A stretch of DNA of 64,000 nucleotides from Eledone cirrhosa. Taxonomy: Eukaryota. The stretch is from positions 19,840,001 through 19,904,000 of the forward strand of contig OZ024751.1 in NCBI GenBank assembly GCA_964016885.1, in the 5' to 3' direction. This document shows, piece after piece, positions 1 through 14,973 of this stretch. Under the pieces are notes generated by a model, which did not search any database, was not told the DNA's origin, and saw nothing but the letters and a program-made list of their open reading frames with translations. The first letter of the stretch is position 1, and each line of letters starts with the position of its first letter. The position numbers and the translations under genes are program-made.

Positions 1-565
1 GTATATATATATATATGTATATATTCATGTATATATTTGTATGTATATATTTGTATATATTTATATGTATATAAATATGTATATATATATGTATATATTT
101 ATGTATATATTTGTATGTATCTATTTGTATGTATATATTTGTATGTATATATATATATGTATATATATATATGTATATATTTATGTATATATTTGTATGT
201 ATATATTTGTATGTATATATTTATGTACATATTTATGTATATATTTATATGTACATATTTATGTATATATTTATGTACATAATTATGTACATATTTATGT
301 ACATAATTATGTACATATGTATGTACATATGTATGTATATATGTATGATATATTTGTATGTATATATTTATGTATATATTTATGTATATATTTATGTATA
401 TATTTATGTATATATTTATGTATATATTTATGTATATATTTGTATGTATGTATATATTTATGTACATATTTATGTATATATTTATGTATATATTTATGTA
501 GATATTTATGTATATATTTATGTAGATATTTATGTATATATTTATGTATATATTTGTATCTATTT
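1..565. repeat. Compound (TA)-derived minisatellite, ~12-bp TATATATTTATG unit
   Basis: Direct tandem repeats of tatatatttatg/tttgtatg variants; the same unit recurs at 985-1495. Confidence 0.9.
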
Positions 566-673
566 GTATTGGTCTGGAAGAAACAATTGTAAGCGAATAA
601 ATGATTTGAACAGAACTTTGATTCATGTAATCTCTATATAACTGCTCTGTAGAACAACTGATGTTATTACATT

Positions 674-847
674 TGGCAGTATCGGTAGAGGGTCGGACGC
701 CATGCTTTCCAGCATAGTTACGTCCCTTTACGATCTGAGTTCAAATCCCGCCGAGGTTGACTTTGCCTTTCATCCTTACGGGGTCGATAAAATAAAGTAC
801 CAGTAATGCACTGGGTAATTGCTGGCCTTGTGCCAAAAGTAGAAACA
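674..847 (+). mobile_element. tRNA-derived SINE (family 1), full length, with 11-bp TSD
   Basis: A-box-like TGGCAGTATCGG, B-box GAGTTCAAATCC, conserved core GCCTTTCATCCTTACGGGGTCGATAAAATAAAGTACCAG, end AAAGTAGAAACA. Flanked by GTTATTACATT at 663-673 and 848-858. Confidence 0.9.
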
Positions 848-1694
848 GTTATTACATTGAGCTATTTATCTTACTGGTAATAAGGTAGTAATAAATTACT
901 GTCTTTCACTGTTTAGGGTTTAAATATATATAACTATATAAAGTTTTAGTATATACATAACCATAAATAGTATCCTTAATACTATATTTGTATCTATATA
1001 TTTATGTATATATTTGTATCTATACATTTGTATGTATATATTTATGTATATATTTATGTATATATTTATTTATGTATATATTTATGTATATATTTATTTA
1101 TGTATATATTTGTATGTATATATTTATGTATATATTTATTTATGTATATATTTATGTATATATTTATTTATGTATATATTTGTATGTATATATTTATGTA
1201 CATATTTATGTATATATTTATGTACATATTTATGTATAGATTTATGTACATATTTATGTATATATTTATGTATATATTTGTATGTATATATTTATGTATA
1301 TATTTGTATGTATATATTTATGTATATATATTTATGCATATATATGTATGTATATATTTGCGTTTATATTTGTATGTATATTTTTGTATGTATTTGCATG
1401 TATGTATTTGCATGTATGTATTTGTATATATTTGCATATATGTGTATATATATGTATATATTTGTATGTATATATATATACATGTGTGTGTGTATAAAAC
1501 AGACTGACATTGTCTCATCTGACTATAGATAAGAGACCAGTTTCAATGGCCAAAAGTGACCAGATTCAATGGTAGGTAGAAGGTGATGGTATCATTAAGT
1601 GCTACCTGTGTAGTTCATACAGACTCAAGTGAATTGTGTGTGTGTATAAGGTGTGAGGTGATGACGTACACATTATGTAACACAATAGACTTAT

Positions 1695-2540
1695 GTTGCT
1701 GTTGTTACTGTTGTTGTTACTGTTGTTGTTACTGTTGTTGTTATTGTGGCACTTGTTACTGTTGTTGTTACTATTGTTGTTACTGTTGTTGTTATTGTTG
1801 TTGTTACTGTTGTTGTTGTTGTTGTTGTTACTGTGGCACTTGTTACTGTTGTTGTTGCTGTTGCTGTTACTGTGGCTGTTGTTGTTACTGTGGCACTTGT
1901 TACTGTTGTTGTTACTGTGGCTGTTGTTGTTACTGTGGCACTTGTTACTGTTGTTGTTACTGTTGTTGTTACTGTGGCTGTTGTTGTTACTGTTGTTGTT
2001 ACTGTGGCACTTGTTACTGTTGTTGTTACTGTTGTTGTTACTGTGGCTGTTGTTGTTACTGTTGTTGTTACTGTGGCACTTGTTACTGTTGTTGTTACTG
2101 TTGCTGTTACTGTGGTTGTTGTTGTTACTGTGGCACTTGTTACTGTTGTTGTTACTGTTGTTGTTACTGTGGCTGTTGTTGTTACTGTTGTTGTTACTGT
2201 GGCACTTGTTACTGTTGTTGTTACTGTTGCTGTTACTGTGGCTGTTGTTGTTACTGTGGCACTTGTTACTGTTGTTGTTACTGTTGTTGTTACTGTGGCT
2301 GTTGTTGTTACTGTTGTTGTTACTGTGGCACTTGTTACTGTTGTTGTTACTGTTGCTGTTACTGTGGCTGTTGTTGTTACTGTTGTTGTTGTTGTTACTG
2401 TGATAGTTGGTAATGTTGTTGTTGCCGTTGTTGTTGTTGTTGTTGTTGTAGTTGCTGTTGCTGTAGTTTCGGTTGCTGTTGTTGTTGTTGCCGTTGTTAC
2501 TATAGTTGGTGTTAATATTGCTGTTACTGCCGCTGTTACA

Positions 2541-2638
<98 letters not shown>

Positions 2639-2865
2639 AAAAATCCTCCCAGATTCTGTAACAATAAGAACCAGTCATAATTATAGATCTGAAAAATAAA
2701 ACTGGTTGCAGATAAACATGGTGGAGGTGGTGGTGCTAGTGTTGATGGTGGTGGTGGTGGTGCTAGTGTTGATGGTGGAGGTGGTGGTGATAGTGTTGAT
2801 GGTGGTGGTGGTGGTGCTAGTGTTGATGGTGGTGGTGGTGGTGCTAGAGTTGATGGTAGTGGTGT
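1695..2865. repeat. Compound GTT/GTTACT/GGT micro-minisatellite block
   Basis: Tandem gttactgttgtt / gtggcacttgttact units, pure (GTT)n at ~2543-2638, and ggtgctagtgttgat units at 2720-2865. Confidence 0.9.
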
Positions 2866-3326
2866 GTGCATGCCATGTGTGAGTGGGGGGGGAGGTGTTT
2901 ATAGTGGTCGTGATGGGGTGATTGTATTTATAATGACGATGGTAATCTTGGAGGGGATAGTGGTTATGATGGTGGTGGTGGTTGATGGTGTAGGTTGTTA
3001 TTGGTTAGGTTATAATGATGGCAGTACTGATGACAAAATGATGATGATGATTATAACTATAACCATCGTCGTTGTTGTTGTGGTTGTGGTTGTTGTTGTT
3101 GTTGTTGTTGTTAATATGAGGCATATTTAGTTCACAGAAAGTTGATTTGTTTGCCAATGTCAGAGAGAAGGTATCAGGGTACAACAACAACAACAACAAC
3201 AACAACAACGACAATGGCAATGGCAATGCACATAAAGAATTATGTTGTTATCTCAAGCTTTAGAAAATAGATTTCTCTCAGTCTGTGAAACAAGAAAGAA
3301 CGAACGAACGAAAGAAAGAAATATAA

Positions 3327-3376
<50 letters not shown>

Positions 3377-4514
3377 TGTCTTTCACTGGGTATCTTGTTG
3401 AAATTTGAGATAGTTTGGAAGTTTCGTAATAGCTATAGGCATGGCATCCTTTACACATTATTTCTCTTTTTCTCTTTCTATCCCTCTTTCTCTTTCTATC
3501 TCTCTTTCTCTTTTCTCTAACTTCTTTCTTTTCTATCTTCATTTCTTTAATTCTTTCTTTTACTTTTTTTCTTTGATTTTTTTCTTTTCTTTTCGTATTC
3601 CTTTTTCTTTCTTTTTCATATTTTCCTTTATCTTTTCTTTCTTTCGTTCTTCCATTTTTCTTTCTTTTCCTTCATAAATCATATTTTCTTTCTTTTCCTT
3701 CATAAATCATATTTTCTTTCAACATCAATTCTGTCTTTCTTTTCTTTTATTCTTTTTCTTTTCTTTAGGTCATCTTTTCTTTCATCTTCGTTTTCTTTTT
3801 TCTTTAATTTATCTTTTTTTCCTTTCTTTTAATTTATCTTGTGTTCTTACTTCTCCTTTAATTCTACATTTTGTTCGGTCTTCTACTTTCTTAATTTTTT
3901 TCCTTCCCTTTCCGTCCTTTCTTCTATCTTCTTTCTTTCTTTTTGTCTTTCTATCTTTTTTCTCTGTGTGTCCCTTTCATGTTTTCACTCTTTCGTTTCT
4001 ACTTTGACTAGTAACATAGAAACCAATTTCGCACAAATAAAATGTTCTTATCAAACCCTAGGTCAACGTTTGTGAAGCAGATATATGTTCAATGACATTC
4101 CAGCCGTGGCCATCATGTCTACAACCTTTTTTCTGTTATATGCAAGAGACTGTTACATATTACTCAGTGTCTACACACATTCCTATTTAACCCCTTTGAT
4201 ACCAAACCAATTGAAACCGTTCCTTGTTTTACAATACTAAGCTGATTTTAATTAAATATTTAAAGAGATAAATGAGAAAAAGGTTTTATTGTCTGTAAAA
4301 ATATGAAGCATATTTAAACCATTGATTAGCAAAACCTCACAATGTCAAGAAAAACCATTGAAATTATATAAAAATAATTGAACAGTATCTAATAAAAGCA
4401 AAACACTGTTAAAGAGGAAAAAAAATAAGGGTTAAAGGAAATGAAACGAAGAAAAATACAATAATAAACAAGTAACGAAAGAAGGAACGGGGGAGTGACA
4501 GAGACTGCATCCCT

Positions 4515-4592
4515 GTCTGAGTGGTGCCTCATCCTCATACCACGAACAGATTGGCAAACGCGTTACCGTGGAGAATAGCCAGAGACACCCGC
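4515..4592 (-). mobile_element. Degenerate 3' fragment of CRE-like non-LTR retrotransposon
   Basis: Minus strand reads RVSLAILHGNAFANL, matching QRVSLAVLRGNAFSIL of the copies at 23780-23940 and 47873-48185. Confidence 0.55.
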
Positions 4593-4699
4593 TACTAAGT
4601 GTTTACATTTATCTAAAGACCTTCATTCATGATTTTATGAAAGGCATGCCTGTGTATTTAAGTAGTTTGATTCGTAACCTCGTAGTTTTATGTTCGGTC

Positions 4700-4850
4700 C
4701 CACTATATGGTGGAGGCACGTGTGTTCGATTCCTACGCTGGGTTATGTGTTGTGTTCTTGAGCAAAACACTTCATTTCACGTTGCTCCAGTATACTCAGC
4801 CGAAAATGGGTGCCAGCAATAGCTGGGGATTTAACCCTGTGATGGACTGG
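4700..4850 (+). mobile_element. tRNA-derived SINE fragment (family 3)
   Basis: B-box-like GTTCGATTCC followed by GTGTTCTTGAGCAAAACACTT...GTTGCTCCAGT..ACTCAGC. A related head lies on the minus strand at 13800-13895. Confidence 0.55.
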
Positions 4851-4851
4851 C

Positions 4852-5100
4852 GGAGCCCATCCCTCTCCAAGCCTGAATATAGCAGATTTCTTCTAGAGAA
4901 AAATAGTGAGAGAGAGGAAATGAGAAAGACATATAGAGGAAGAATCGACCCCAGTACTAGACTGGTACTTTTTTATCGACCTCGAAAGAATGAAAGGCAA
5001 AGTTGACCTCGGCGGGATTTGAACTCAGAGATGAGAGAGCCAGAACGAATACCATAAAACATTCTATCAGACGTTCTAACGGCTCTGACAATTCGCCGCC
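4852..5100 (-). mobile_element. SINE family 1 long-tailed subfamily
   Basis: Reverse-complement SINE core plus an extended 3' region shared with 48790-49130. Confidence 0.75.
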
Positions 5101-5124
5101 TCTGCTTATAATAGAAATCATTAT

Positions 5125-5301
5125 TGGCAGTATCGGAAGACGGTCGGACGCCATGCTTTCTAGCATAGAGTTACGGCCCTTGCCATTCTGAGTTTAAATC
5201 CCGCCAAGGTTAACATTGCCTTTCATCCTTACGGGGTCGATAAAATAAAGTACCAGTAATGCACTGGAATAATTGCTGGCCTTGTGCCAAAAGTAGAAAC
5301 A
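5125..5301 (+). mobile_element. SINE family 1 copy (head-to-head with 4852-5100)
   Basis: Closely similar to 674-847. Confidence 0.88.
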
Positions 5302-5654
5302 ATTATTTTGCTGTAAAAGACAAAATTTCAATCAATCCAGCCAACGAAAATTGAAATTCAATGCCTTGCCTGGTTCTTTTCTAGAATATTCTTTCAGCAC
5401 TTTTCTTTTTTATTGGTATTTGTGTTTTTTTTTTCACTTTTATTTAGGGGATGGTGGTGTCGGTGTTCATATTGTGTTTGATTATTGGTCTCCTTGTGTG
5501 TGTGTGTGTGTATGTGTGTGTCTGTGTCTCTGTGTGTGTGTGTGTATGTGTGTGTGTCTGTGTCTGTGTGTGTGTGTGTCTGTGTGTGTTTTAATTTATA
5601 TATCTAATTTGTTCTCTAGCAATTAATATTCTTGGTGTGTGGTCACTGATGTTC

Positions 5655-7010
5655 ATTCTGTTGATGGGTGATGTGGTTGTTGATGGTGGTGTCGGTGGTG
5701 GTGGTGGGTGATGTGGTTGGTGGTGGTGGTAGTGGTGTTGATGGGTGATGTGGTTGTTGATGGTGGTGTCGGTGGTGGTGGTGGGTGATGTGGTTGGTGG
5801 TGGTGGTAGTGGTGTTGATGGGTGATGTGGTTGTTGATGGTGGTGTCGGTGGTGGTGGTGGGTGATGTGGTTGGTGGTGGTGGTGGTGGTGTTGATGGGT
5901 GATGTGGTTGTTGATGGTGGTGGTGGTGGTGGTGGTGTTGGTGCCGATTCTGATGGTGCTGAAGGGTGATGTGGTTGTTGATGGTGGTGGTGGTGGTGAT
6001 GGTGGTGTTGGTGGGTGATGTGGTTGTTGATGGTGGTGTCGGTGGTGGTGGTGGGTGATGTGGTTGGTGGTGGTGGTGGTGGTGTTGATGGGTGATGTGG
6101 TTGTTGATGGTGGTGGTGGTGGTGGTGGTGTTGGTGCCGATTCTGATGGTGCTGATGGGTGATGTGGTTGTTGATGGTGGTGGTGGTGGTGATGGTGGTG
6201 TTGGTGGGTGATGTGGTTGTTGATGGTGGTGGTGTTGGTGCCGATTCTGGTGGTGCTGATGAGTGATGTGGTTGTTGGTGGTGGTGGTGGTGGTGATGGT
6301 GGTGTTGGTGGGTGATGTGGTTGTTGATGGTGGTGGTGTTGGTGTTGATGGTGTTGATGTTTCATAGGTGATGTGGTTGTTGGTGGTGTTGATGGTGATG
6401 ATGTTGTTACTGGTGATGGTTAGTATTGGTGGTAATAGTATTGGTGTTGTTTGTGCTGATGGTACTGCTGTGGTAGTTGTTAGTGGTGATGATGATGATT
6501 GTTAGTGTTGGAGGTGGTGATGTTGCTGATGTTGATGTTGTTGTCATCATCAAACCTATCATCGTCACCATCGTGATTATCATCTTCCGTACTCTTTAAT
6601 TACAACGACGACTGTCACTACCACCACTACCACCACCACCACCACTACCACCACTACTACCACCACTACCACACCACCACTACCACCACCACCACACCAG
6701 TACCACCATTACCACCACCATCACCACTACCACCACCACCACTACCTCCATCACCACCACTACCTCCATCACCACCACCACCACCATCATCACTACCACC
6801 ATCACCACCACTACCACCACCACTACCACCATCACCACCACTACCACCATCACCACCACTACCACCATCACCACTACCACCACCATCACCACTATCACCA
6901 CCATCATCACTACTGTTTCACCACCACCACCAGCACCACTACCACCACCAGCACCACTACCACTACCACCACCAGCACCACCACCAGCAACATCTCCACC
7001 ACCACCACAG
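5655..7010. repeat. GGT/CCA-rich minisatellite block
   Basis: Tandem gggtgatgtggttgttgatggtggt units, then (CCA/CTA)n. Confidence 0.85.
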
Positions 7011-7180
7011 ACACAATTTCCCCCTTCACTTCCTTTCACTGTATTTCCCCACACGTCACCCGAACTCCAATTTTCCCCCTTCCCTGGCGTAAAGGACTTG
7101 ACAGATAAGTGTCTATCTGTAATTTTTTGGCAGAAAAAGATATTTTGAAGGAAAAATATAAATTATAAGATAAAAATGTA

Positions 7181-7260
7181 GTTGTTGTTTAGCCCTAGGT
7201 CAGTCTCGATCGAGCAGACGTATTATCAAAGCTATTCTAGTCGTGACCATCACGTCCGTT
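7181..7260 (+). repeat. Dispersed repeat (CCCTAGGTCA...TATGATCAAAGGCATTCCAGCCGTGACCATC family)
   Basis: Related copies at ~4056-4120 (+), 10735-10800 (-), 18936-18995 (-) and 49765-49835 (-), and a tandemised copy at 57240-57590. Confidence 0.6.
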
Positions 7261-8458
7261 TTGCTCTGCGTAAGAAACCGCCATGTAAGGCGTAATTTTC
7301 AGCGAATATGGCTGCCATTTCTAGCGGTTTCATTGACTATATAGTGGTTCTCTGGAGATGTGTATGTTGAGGTCAAACAACATCCTTTTCATCTTGATCT
7401 AATCACCACCCCCCCTCCTCCTCCTCCTCCCCCTCCTCCGTATGACTTGTAGTAGTATGTACGATGCTTTCGCTAAGAGTTTTAGGTGTCTCTGCAGTCA
7501 TGGACTCTCACGTGTACATCTTGACCCTTCCTTCCTTGACACACAGCAGAACATATAGGATGTGGAAGCTGAAAGAATGGAAGAGGTGGTGACTGCACCA
7601 GCACTGGGCTGAAACTTTCTTTACCTACTCCGAAAGAATGAAAGGCAAAGTGGACCTTGACGGGGTTTGACTTCAGAAGGCAAAGATCAGGACTGGGTTT
7701 AAACTTAAAACGCAAAGACCACGACGGTATTTGACCTCAGAACACAAAGATCAGGACCGAGTTTGAACTTAGGACGCGAAGACTCAAACAGAGCTTGAAC
7801 TCTGGACGCAAAAGATCCGGAACATTTCTCGAACATCATAAAATCCATTAGGTTTTCCACGCTAAGATCTTAGAAAATCACTTAGTGTCAAAGACATGTG
7901 ATCTCTTCTGTTGGTTGAGTTCTCAGAGTTGCCAAGTTCCATGGTTTTAGAGACAGAAGTGGAATATTGCTAACACATTACAACGACTGTATGATGTCTT
8001 GGGTTTAATTAATCATAGCATAACGGTGGTGATGGTGGTGGAGGGGGTGATATTGGTGGTGGTGGTGGTATTGGTAGTAATATTGGCAGTGGTGGTTGTG
8101 ATGATGATGGTGTGGTGGGGTTGAGCTGATAGTGGTAGTGGTAGTGGCAGTGGTGGGGCTGGGGATGATATTGCTGATGGTAGTAGTAGTGGTGATATTG
8201 GGAGTGGGGCTGGTGGTTGAACTGCTGATGAGGGTGTGGTGGTGGTGGTGATATTAGTGGTGGGGTTGAGTGATAGTGGAGGTGGTAGTGGTGTTGGTAG
8301 TGACGTTAGCAGTGGTGGTGGTAGTGCTGGCGATGGTTGTGGTGGTAGAAGTGGTAGTGGAGGTATTCGTGGTGGTGCTGAGGATAAATGGTAGGGTTAT
8401 TGGTGGTGCTGTTGATGATGATGGAATGTATTGAGGCATAAGTGGGTGGGCATCAACG

Positions 8459-8504
<46 letters not shown>

Positions 8505-8678
8505 CGAGAGTGTGAGTAAGAGAGAGGGGGGGCTCGATAGATATAGATAGAGATAGAGGGGGAAGCTAGATCGAGAGAGAGGGGAAGAGATAGATAGATA
8601 GATAGATAGAAAGATAGAAAAAGAGAGAGGAGAGCTATATAGACAGAGGAGGAGCTAGATAGAGAGATATAGGGGGAG

Positions 8679-8709
<31 letters not shown>

Positions 8710-8981
8710 AAGAGAGAGGGGGTGAGCTAGATAGAGATAATGAGTTAGTATGTGTTTGAGAAAAAGAGGGGGAGAAAGTGCATTAGTGCGTATGTTTGCA
8801 GATGTGTATGCATTCATGAGTGCACTTGTGTGTTGTTTTAAACACGTGTAGTTATTTGGCGTAAAGAAGCAAGCACGCATGCGTGCTTGAGCGTATGCGA
8901 ACGAGTGCGCACGTGTGTGTACATGTGCATATGAATGTATGTTTATTTATGTGTCTGTCTGTATGTATGTATGTACGTATG

Positions 8982-9015
<34 letters not shown>

Positions 9016-9104
9016 TGTATGTATGGAGGTGGTTGTGGCGTCTACTTAGAGAGAAGGAAACGAGTGTGTTCGTACTTTCTCTCTCTCTCTCGTAAGGTGG
9101 AGAT

Positions 9105-9138
<34 letters not shown>

Positions 9139-9847
9139 TGTGTGTGTGTGTGTGTGTATGAATGTATGTGTCTATATATATATGTGTGTCTGTATGTATG
9201 TGTGGTTGTTGTGGCTGTTGTGGTGTCTTACGGAGAAGACACCGAGAAGCGTGTTCGTACTTTCTCGTAAGAGAAAGAGAGAGGGGGAATGAGAGTGGCT
9301 GCGTGTGTATATATATAAATGTTTTTGTGTGTATATATGTGTGTGTGTTTGTGTGTATATGTATGTGTCCATATAGTCTTCTAAAAGATATGAGATAAGA
9401 GAGGAGCAAATGTGTGCTGTCTTCCAATTCACACACACGTATATGTATATAGGTCTGTATATATGTGTGTGTATATACATACATATGTATGTGTACGTAT
9501 GTATATATGTATGTATGAATATAGGTCTGTATATATGTGTGTGTACATACATACATATATATGTGTACGTATGTATATGCATACATGTATATATGTATGT
9601 ATGTATATAGGTCTGTATATATATGTGTGTGTATATACATACATATATGTGTGTACGTATGTATATGCATACATGCATATATGTATGTATGTGTATAAGT
9701 GTATGTATGTATATATGTATGTATGTACATATGTATGTATGTATGTGTATAAGTGTATGTATGTGTATGTATATATGTATGTATGTGTATATGTATGTAT
9801 GTATGTGTATAAATGTATGTATGTGTTTGTATATATGTATGTATGAG

Positions 9848-9914
<67 letters not shown>

Positions 9915-9927
9915 CGTGTGTGTGTAT

Positions 9928-9963
<36 letters not shown>

Positions 9964-10980
9964 GCGCGCGATGACATTGTTATGTCATGCTGCTCTTTCT
10001 GCAAATCATCTCAGACAATTCTGCAACAGACAGTCGTATAATTATATCCCTCCCCCCCTCTTCCATCTCACCCCTCTCCATCTCTCCCTCCCCTCTCTCT
10101 CTCTTACCGACCACAGTTCGATGGTTATAAAAAAAACAACCCAACCAACCAACCAAACAACAATAGAAAAAACAAAGTGTTTGTATTACGTTTGAAAATT
10201 CTTCTAACTCGGAACACATTATGTTAATCTCACAACTTTCACACGCACAGTCCATTTTAGTTAGTGCCAACGAACTTCCTAACACAATTGCTGTGAAATC
10301 TTGTATTAAATAATTTTTCTGCTGTCTGGGTCTAAAGTTGCCAAAATTCACAGCAGGAGAATGGAGAAAGAAGAAAAAGAACAAAGAGGTCAGGCGGGAG
10401 AAAGTTCTAGAAAGAATCTCACTGATTTGTCTTCGATAATAAATATTGTTGCTGTTCCATCAGTCGTACCAATTATGATTCTATTAACAAAGAGTATCTT
10501 TCTACACAGTTCGATTAGTAATCGAATTTCGATAAAATCATCTTTTTCGAACTCACTAACCTTATACTAGAAGTAGTTAGAAACTCTCAGGCGAGCTGGA
10601 CAGCAGCAGGTCTACCGGGAAGACACCCCCGCCCAAACGAGTGTTTCAGCCCTTATGGACATAACTAGTTTGTTCTAAAATGGCGTATTGTAGTGTAGCC
10701 CTGGCTATATACTCAGTGATTGTGGGGGAAACACTGGATGGTCACAGTTGGAATGTCTTTGACTATAGGTTTACTCGATCTGGGCTGACCTAGGGCTAAA
10801 ATGCATATTTATTTACTAAATGTATATTTATTTACTAACCTATGTACTCGAATACATACACACAATTTCACACACACACTCACTCATACACACGCATACA
10901 TGCTCGTACACACGTATACATGCTCGTACACAGGCATATATACTCATAGGAATGCAGAAACACCAGCACATTCGCGCGCG

Positions 10981-11036
<56 letters not shown>

Positions 11037-12697
11037 GCTCCAGATTTAAGTCCTTATTTAAGTACTTGTACACTCGTACGAGCGCATTCTATCAGCACCA
11101 TGCATGTGCACACATTTCCTCATACAAATATACACAGATTACACATTGCACCATACACATACATGCAGCAGCCAGTACACATACATACATGCAACAGCCA
11201 GCACACATACATACATGCAGCAGCCAGCACACATACATGCATGTGCATCTACTCATGCAAACATCCGCATATTTGCCCCAATACGTACCATAAGAATATT
11301 TATATAAAGCTCGTTCATAAACGTTATCTTGCGTAAAGTATTTTTATAGGAAATTGAAGGTGCGATCTGGTGCTCTGCTTATTTCGCCAATACTTTCATG
11401 TAGGTGACATTGGGGTCCATTAATTCAGAAGAATGTGGTAGTTATGGACTCTAAGGAGAGAATGGCTTTGTAATCTTCAAACGGAGACAATGATTACTCT
11501 TGTGTTTGCATTTGCATTAATGCTGTATGCATGGGGAAGTACAGAGAACAATTGGTGAAGGGAAGTCTTTGTTGCCACTATTAAATTCTTAATTCTGTTG
11601 TCGTACATGTTTCGATTTAGTAGTGTTCTTTTTAAAGTTATCATTAAGATTGCTGTTGTGGTGGTAATGGCGATAATGTGTTGTAGTTGTAGTGGTTGGG
11701 AATTGTTGCGGCGGTGTTCAGTGTATTGTTATAAAGATAACTTTTTAGTATTTATCTGAAGAAAAACACTTTATTACTTTCGTGAAAATGGCGAAAGATA
11801 AACTGTGGTAATTTCAAGTTAAACAACAACATTTACAAGTCAAGGAGAGTTGTTTAACAGAGAAACTGCCTGAAGACGTAAACAAACATAACATATAAAT
11901 ACATATAATGCAACACAAACACACATACAAATACACATAACATAACAGACACACATAGCATACAAACGTACATAACATAATAAATATACATACAAACACT
12001 TACAAGCATACATACAAACACATATAACATACAAACACATATAACATACAAACACATATAACATACAAACACATATAACATACAAACACATATAACATAC
12101 AAACACACACAACATACACACACATACAAGCACACACATACAAACATAATGTACAAACACACACGCACACACACAAACATAATGTACAAACACGCACATA
12201 CAAACACACACACATAACATACAAACACACACAAATACAAATATAACATTACACAAACACGTACACAAGCACGCATACCATTACACACACACACACACAC
12301 ACAAACACGTACACAAGCACACACACACACACACGCGCACACAAAACACACACACACAAAACACACAACATTTCAAACGCAACCATACACACAAAGAAAC
12401 ATGTGTAAATTGAATAACGCAACAAACGTAGAAGCTAATAAAAGTATTTACTCATCATTACCAACCACCAAACCTCAAGATGATACAAGGGAGGCTGTAA
12501 TAGAAATGAGAATTCTAATGTTTCGATTAAGGGGAAACAGCAGAAAAAGGGTCTTTCATCTGAATAATTCTTCATAGATAAACTTGCCAGGTCTTCATTT
12601 TCAATAGGTTTAGCTCAATCTATTTATTCTCTGTTGCCTTCAGATTCTTTTGACATTATTTTACATAATCATTTCTGTACTTGTGTATGTATGTATG

Positions 12698-12728
<31 letters not shown>

Positions 12729-12743
12729 ATGTGTGTATATGTG

Positions 12744-12774
<31 letters not shown>

Positions 12775-12775
12775 A

Positions 12776-12864
<89 letters not shown>

Positions 12865-12999
12865 ATGTATATATATATATGTGTGTGTGTATGTATATAT
12901 ATGTGTGTGTGTGTATGTGTGTATATGTGTGTGTGTGTGTGTATATGTGTGTGTGTATGTGTGTGTATGTATATATATGTATGTGTGTGTGTGTGTATG

Positions 13000-13032
<33 letters not shown>

Positions 13033-13520
13033 ATGTATATATATATATATGTGTGTGTGTATACATGCATATGTATATATTTATATACGTGTGTGTGTGT
13101 GCACGTACATGTGTGTGTGTGTGTACGAACGTCTGTGTGGACGAACATATATTATTTGGTGAAGTGAATGTATGCACTTATGGTTGTGTGTGTGTGCACA
13201 TGTGTGTCTGTGTGTGTGTGTGTGAGTACAACGTATATATTATTTGGTGAGGTGTATGTATGCCTTTGTGTTTCTGTGTACGTGTGTGTATGTGTGTGTG
13301 GGGGGGGGGTCTTTTGTGATTCTGTGTGTGTGTATGTGTGTGTGCGTGTGTGTATGTGTACGAACGTATATATTATTTGGTGAGGTGTATGCATGCATTA
13401 GTTATTTTGTGTGCGTATGATGGCGTGGGTGTATTTGTAATTGTGTACGCACGTCTGTGTGTGTGTGTGTGAGAGAGATCCCGTATGGGCCTTGATGACT
13501 GAGTGTGATTCTGTACGTCT

Positions 13521-13564
<44 letters not shown>

Positions 13565-13627
13565 ATCTGTGTGTTTGTGTACGTGTGTTTACATCTCTGT
13601 GTGTAATGTTTGTATGCGTTTGAGATC

Positions 13628-13675
<48 letters not shown>

Positions 13676-14169
13676 ATCTGTGTGTTTGTGTACGTGTGTT
13701 TACATCTCTGTGTGTAATGTTTGTATGCGTTTGGGATCGTGTATGTCTGCCTGGTAAGTGTGTGTGTGAGTGTGTGTGTGTGTGTGTGTGTGCTATTATG
13801 AAGTATCTTGTTCAAGGAGGAGACAACGCAGCGCCGGGAATCGAACTCTCCACATTACGATTCTCTGCCGAATACCCTAATCCCTAAGCCACGCACCTTC
13901 ACATATACACACACACACATATATACATACACATATGTACAGACACACATATATACAGACACACATATGTACATACACACATATATACACATACACACAT
14001 ATATACACACACACACATATATACACACACACATATATACACACACACATATACACACACGCACATACACATGCATATATATATGCATATACATACATAT
14101 ATATATGCATATATATAATATGCATATATATATATATACGTACATATATACATTTATATAAATAAACAC

Positions 14170-14257
<88 letters not shown>

Positions 14258-14410
14258 ATTAATAAACGTATATATATAAATATATATACATATAAATATA
14301 CATACGTGTGTATATGTAATGTAATTATTATAAGATATTTGTATCAGTGTATGTTTTACAGATGACAAACAGAGCAGATATATAATTTATTTCATCTTAT
14401 AGATAAACAG

Positions 14411-14481
<71 letters not shown>

Positions 14482-14483
<2 letters not shown>

Positions 14484-14580
14484 AACAAGTATTTGTTCCT
14501 ATTACCCACTCTACTACCCTAAGTATTGAGTACTTTGGTGCGTTATGGTCCATCTGGTTCCTTACCACAATTCCTTCGTT
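14482..14580 (+). mobile_element. 3' fragment of TA-inserted cassette family A
   Basis: CCCACTCTACTACCCTAAGTATTGAGTACTTTGGTGCGTTATGG...TTCCTTCGTT is shared with 26330-26407 and 36990-37075; flanked by (TA)n. Confidence 0.7.
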
Positions 14581-14605
14581 ATATATATATGCATATTTAT
14601 ATATA

Positions 14606-14663
<58 letters not shown>

Positions 14664-14857
14664 GATATGTAGATATATATAAGTATTAAGTTGTTAGACA
14701 ATATTCAATGATTATGTCAAAGAATGAGTTTTACAGTAGATTGCAAGCACTCAACGGTAAATTAATTTTCAGGAGTTATTAATATTAAAATATAAGTATT
14801 AATAAAACAGATGTTCTGTTGATCAATTACGTTTTATTATACATATATATACATATC

Positions 14858-14924
<67 letters not shown>

Positions 14925-14931
<7 letters not shown>

Positions 14932-14936
14932 TGTAG

Positions 14937-14973
<37 letters not shown>

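Noticed and set aside
674-760. tRNA genes at SINE heads
   Set aside because: A/B boxes are present but there is no cloverleaf or pol III terminator, and each continues into the SINE body.
1583-2413. Cys-rich metallothionein/keratin-like ORF
   Set aside because: It is a GTT/GTTACT repeat open in several frames.
10190-10620. Unique sequence with short ORFs on both strands (possible exon or 5'UTR)
   Set aside because: No recognisable homology and only weak splice signals.
11864-11880. ACTGCCTGAAGA matching the start of the family B hammerhead
   Set aside because: No stem II, GAAA or stem I partner follows; likely chance.
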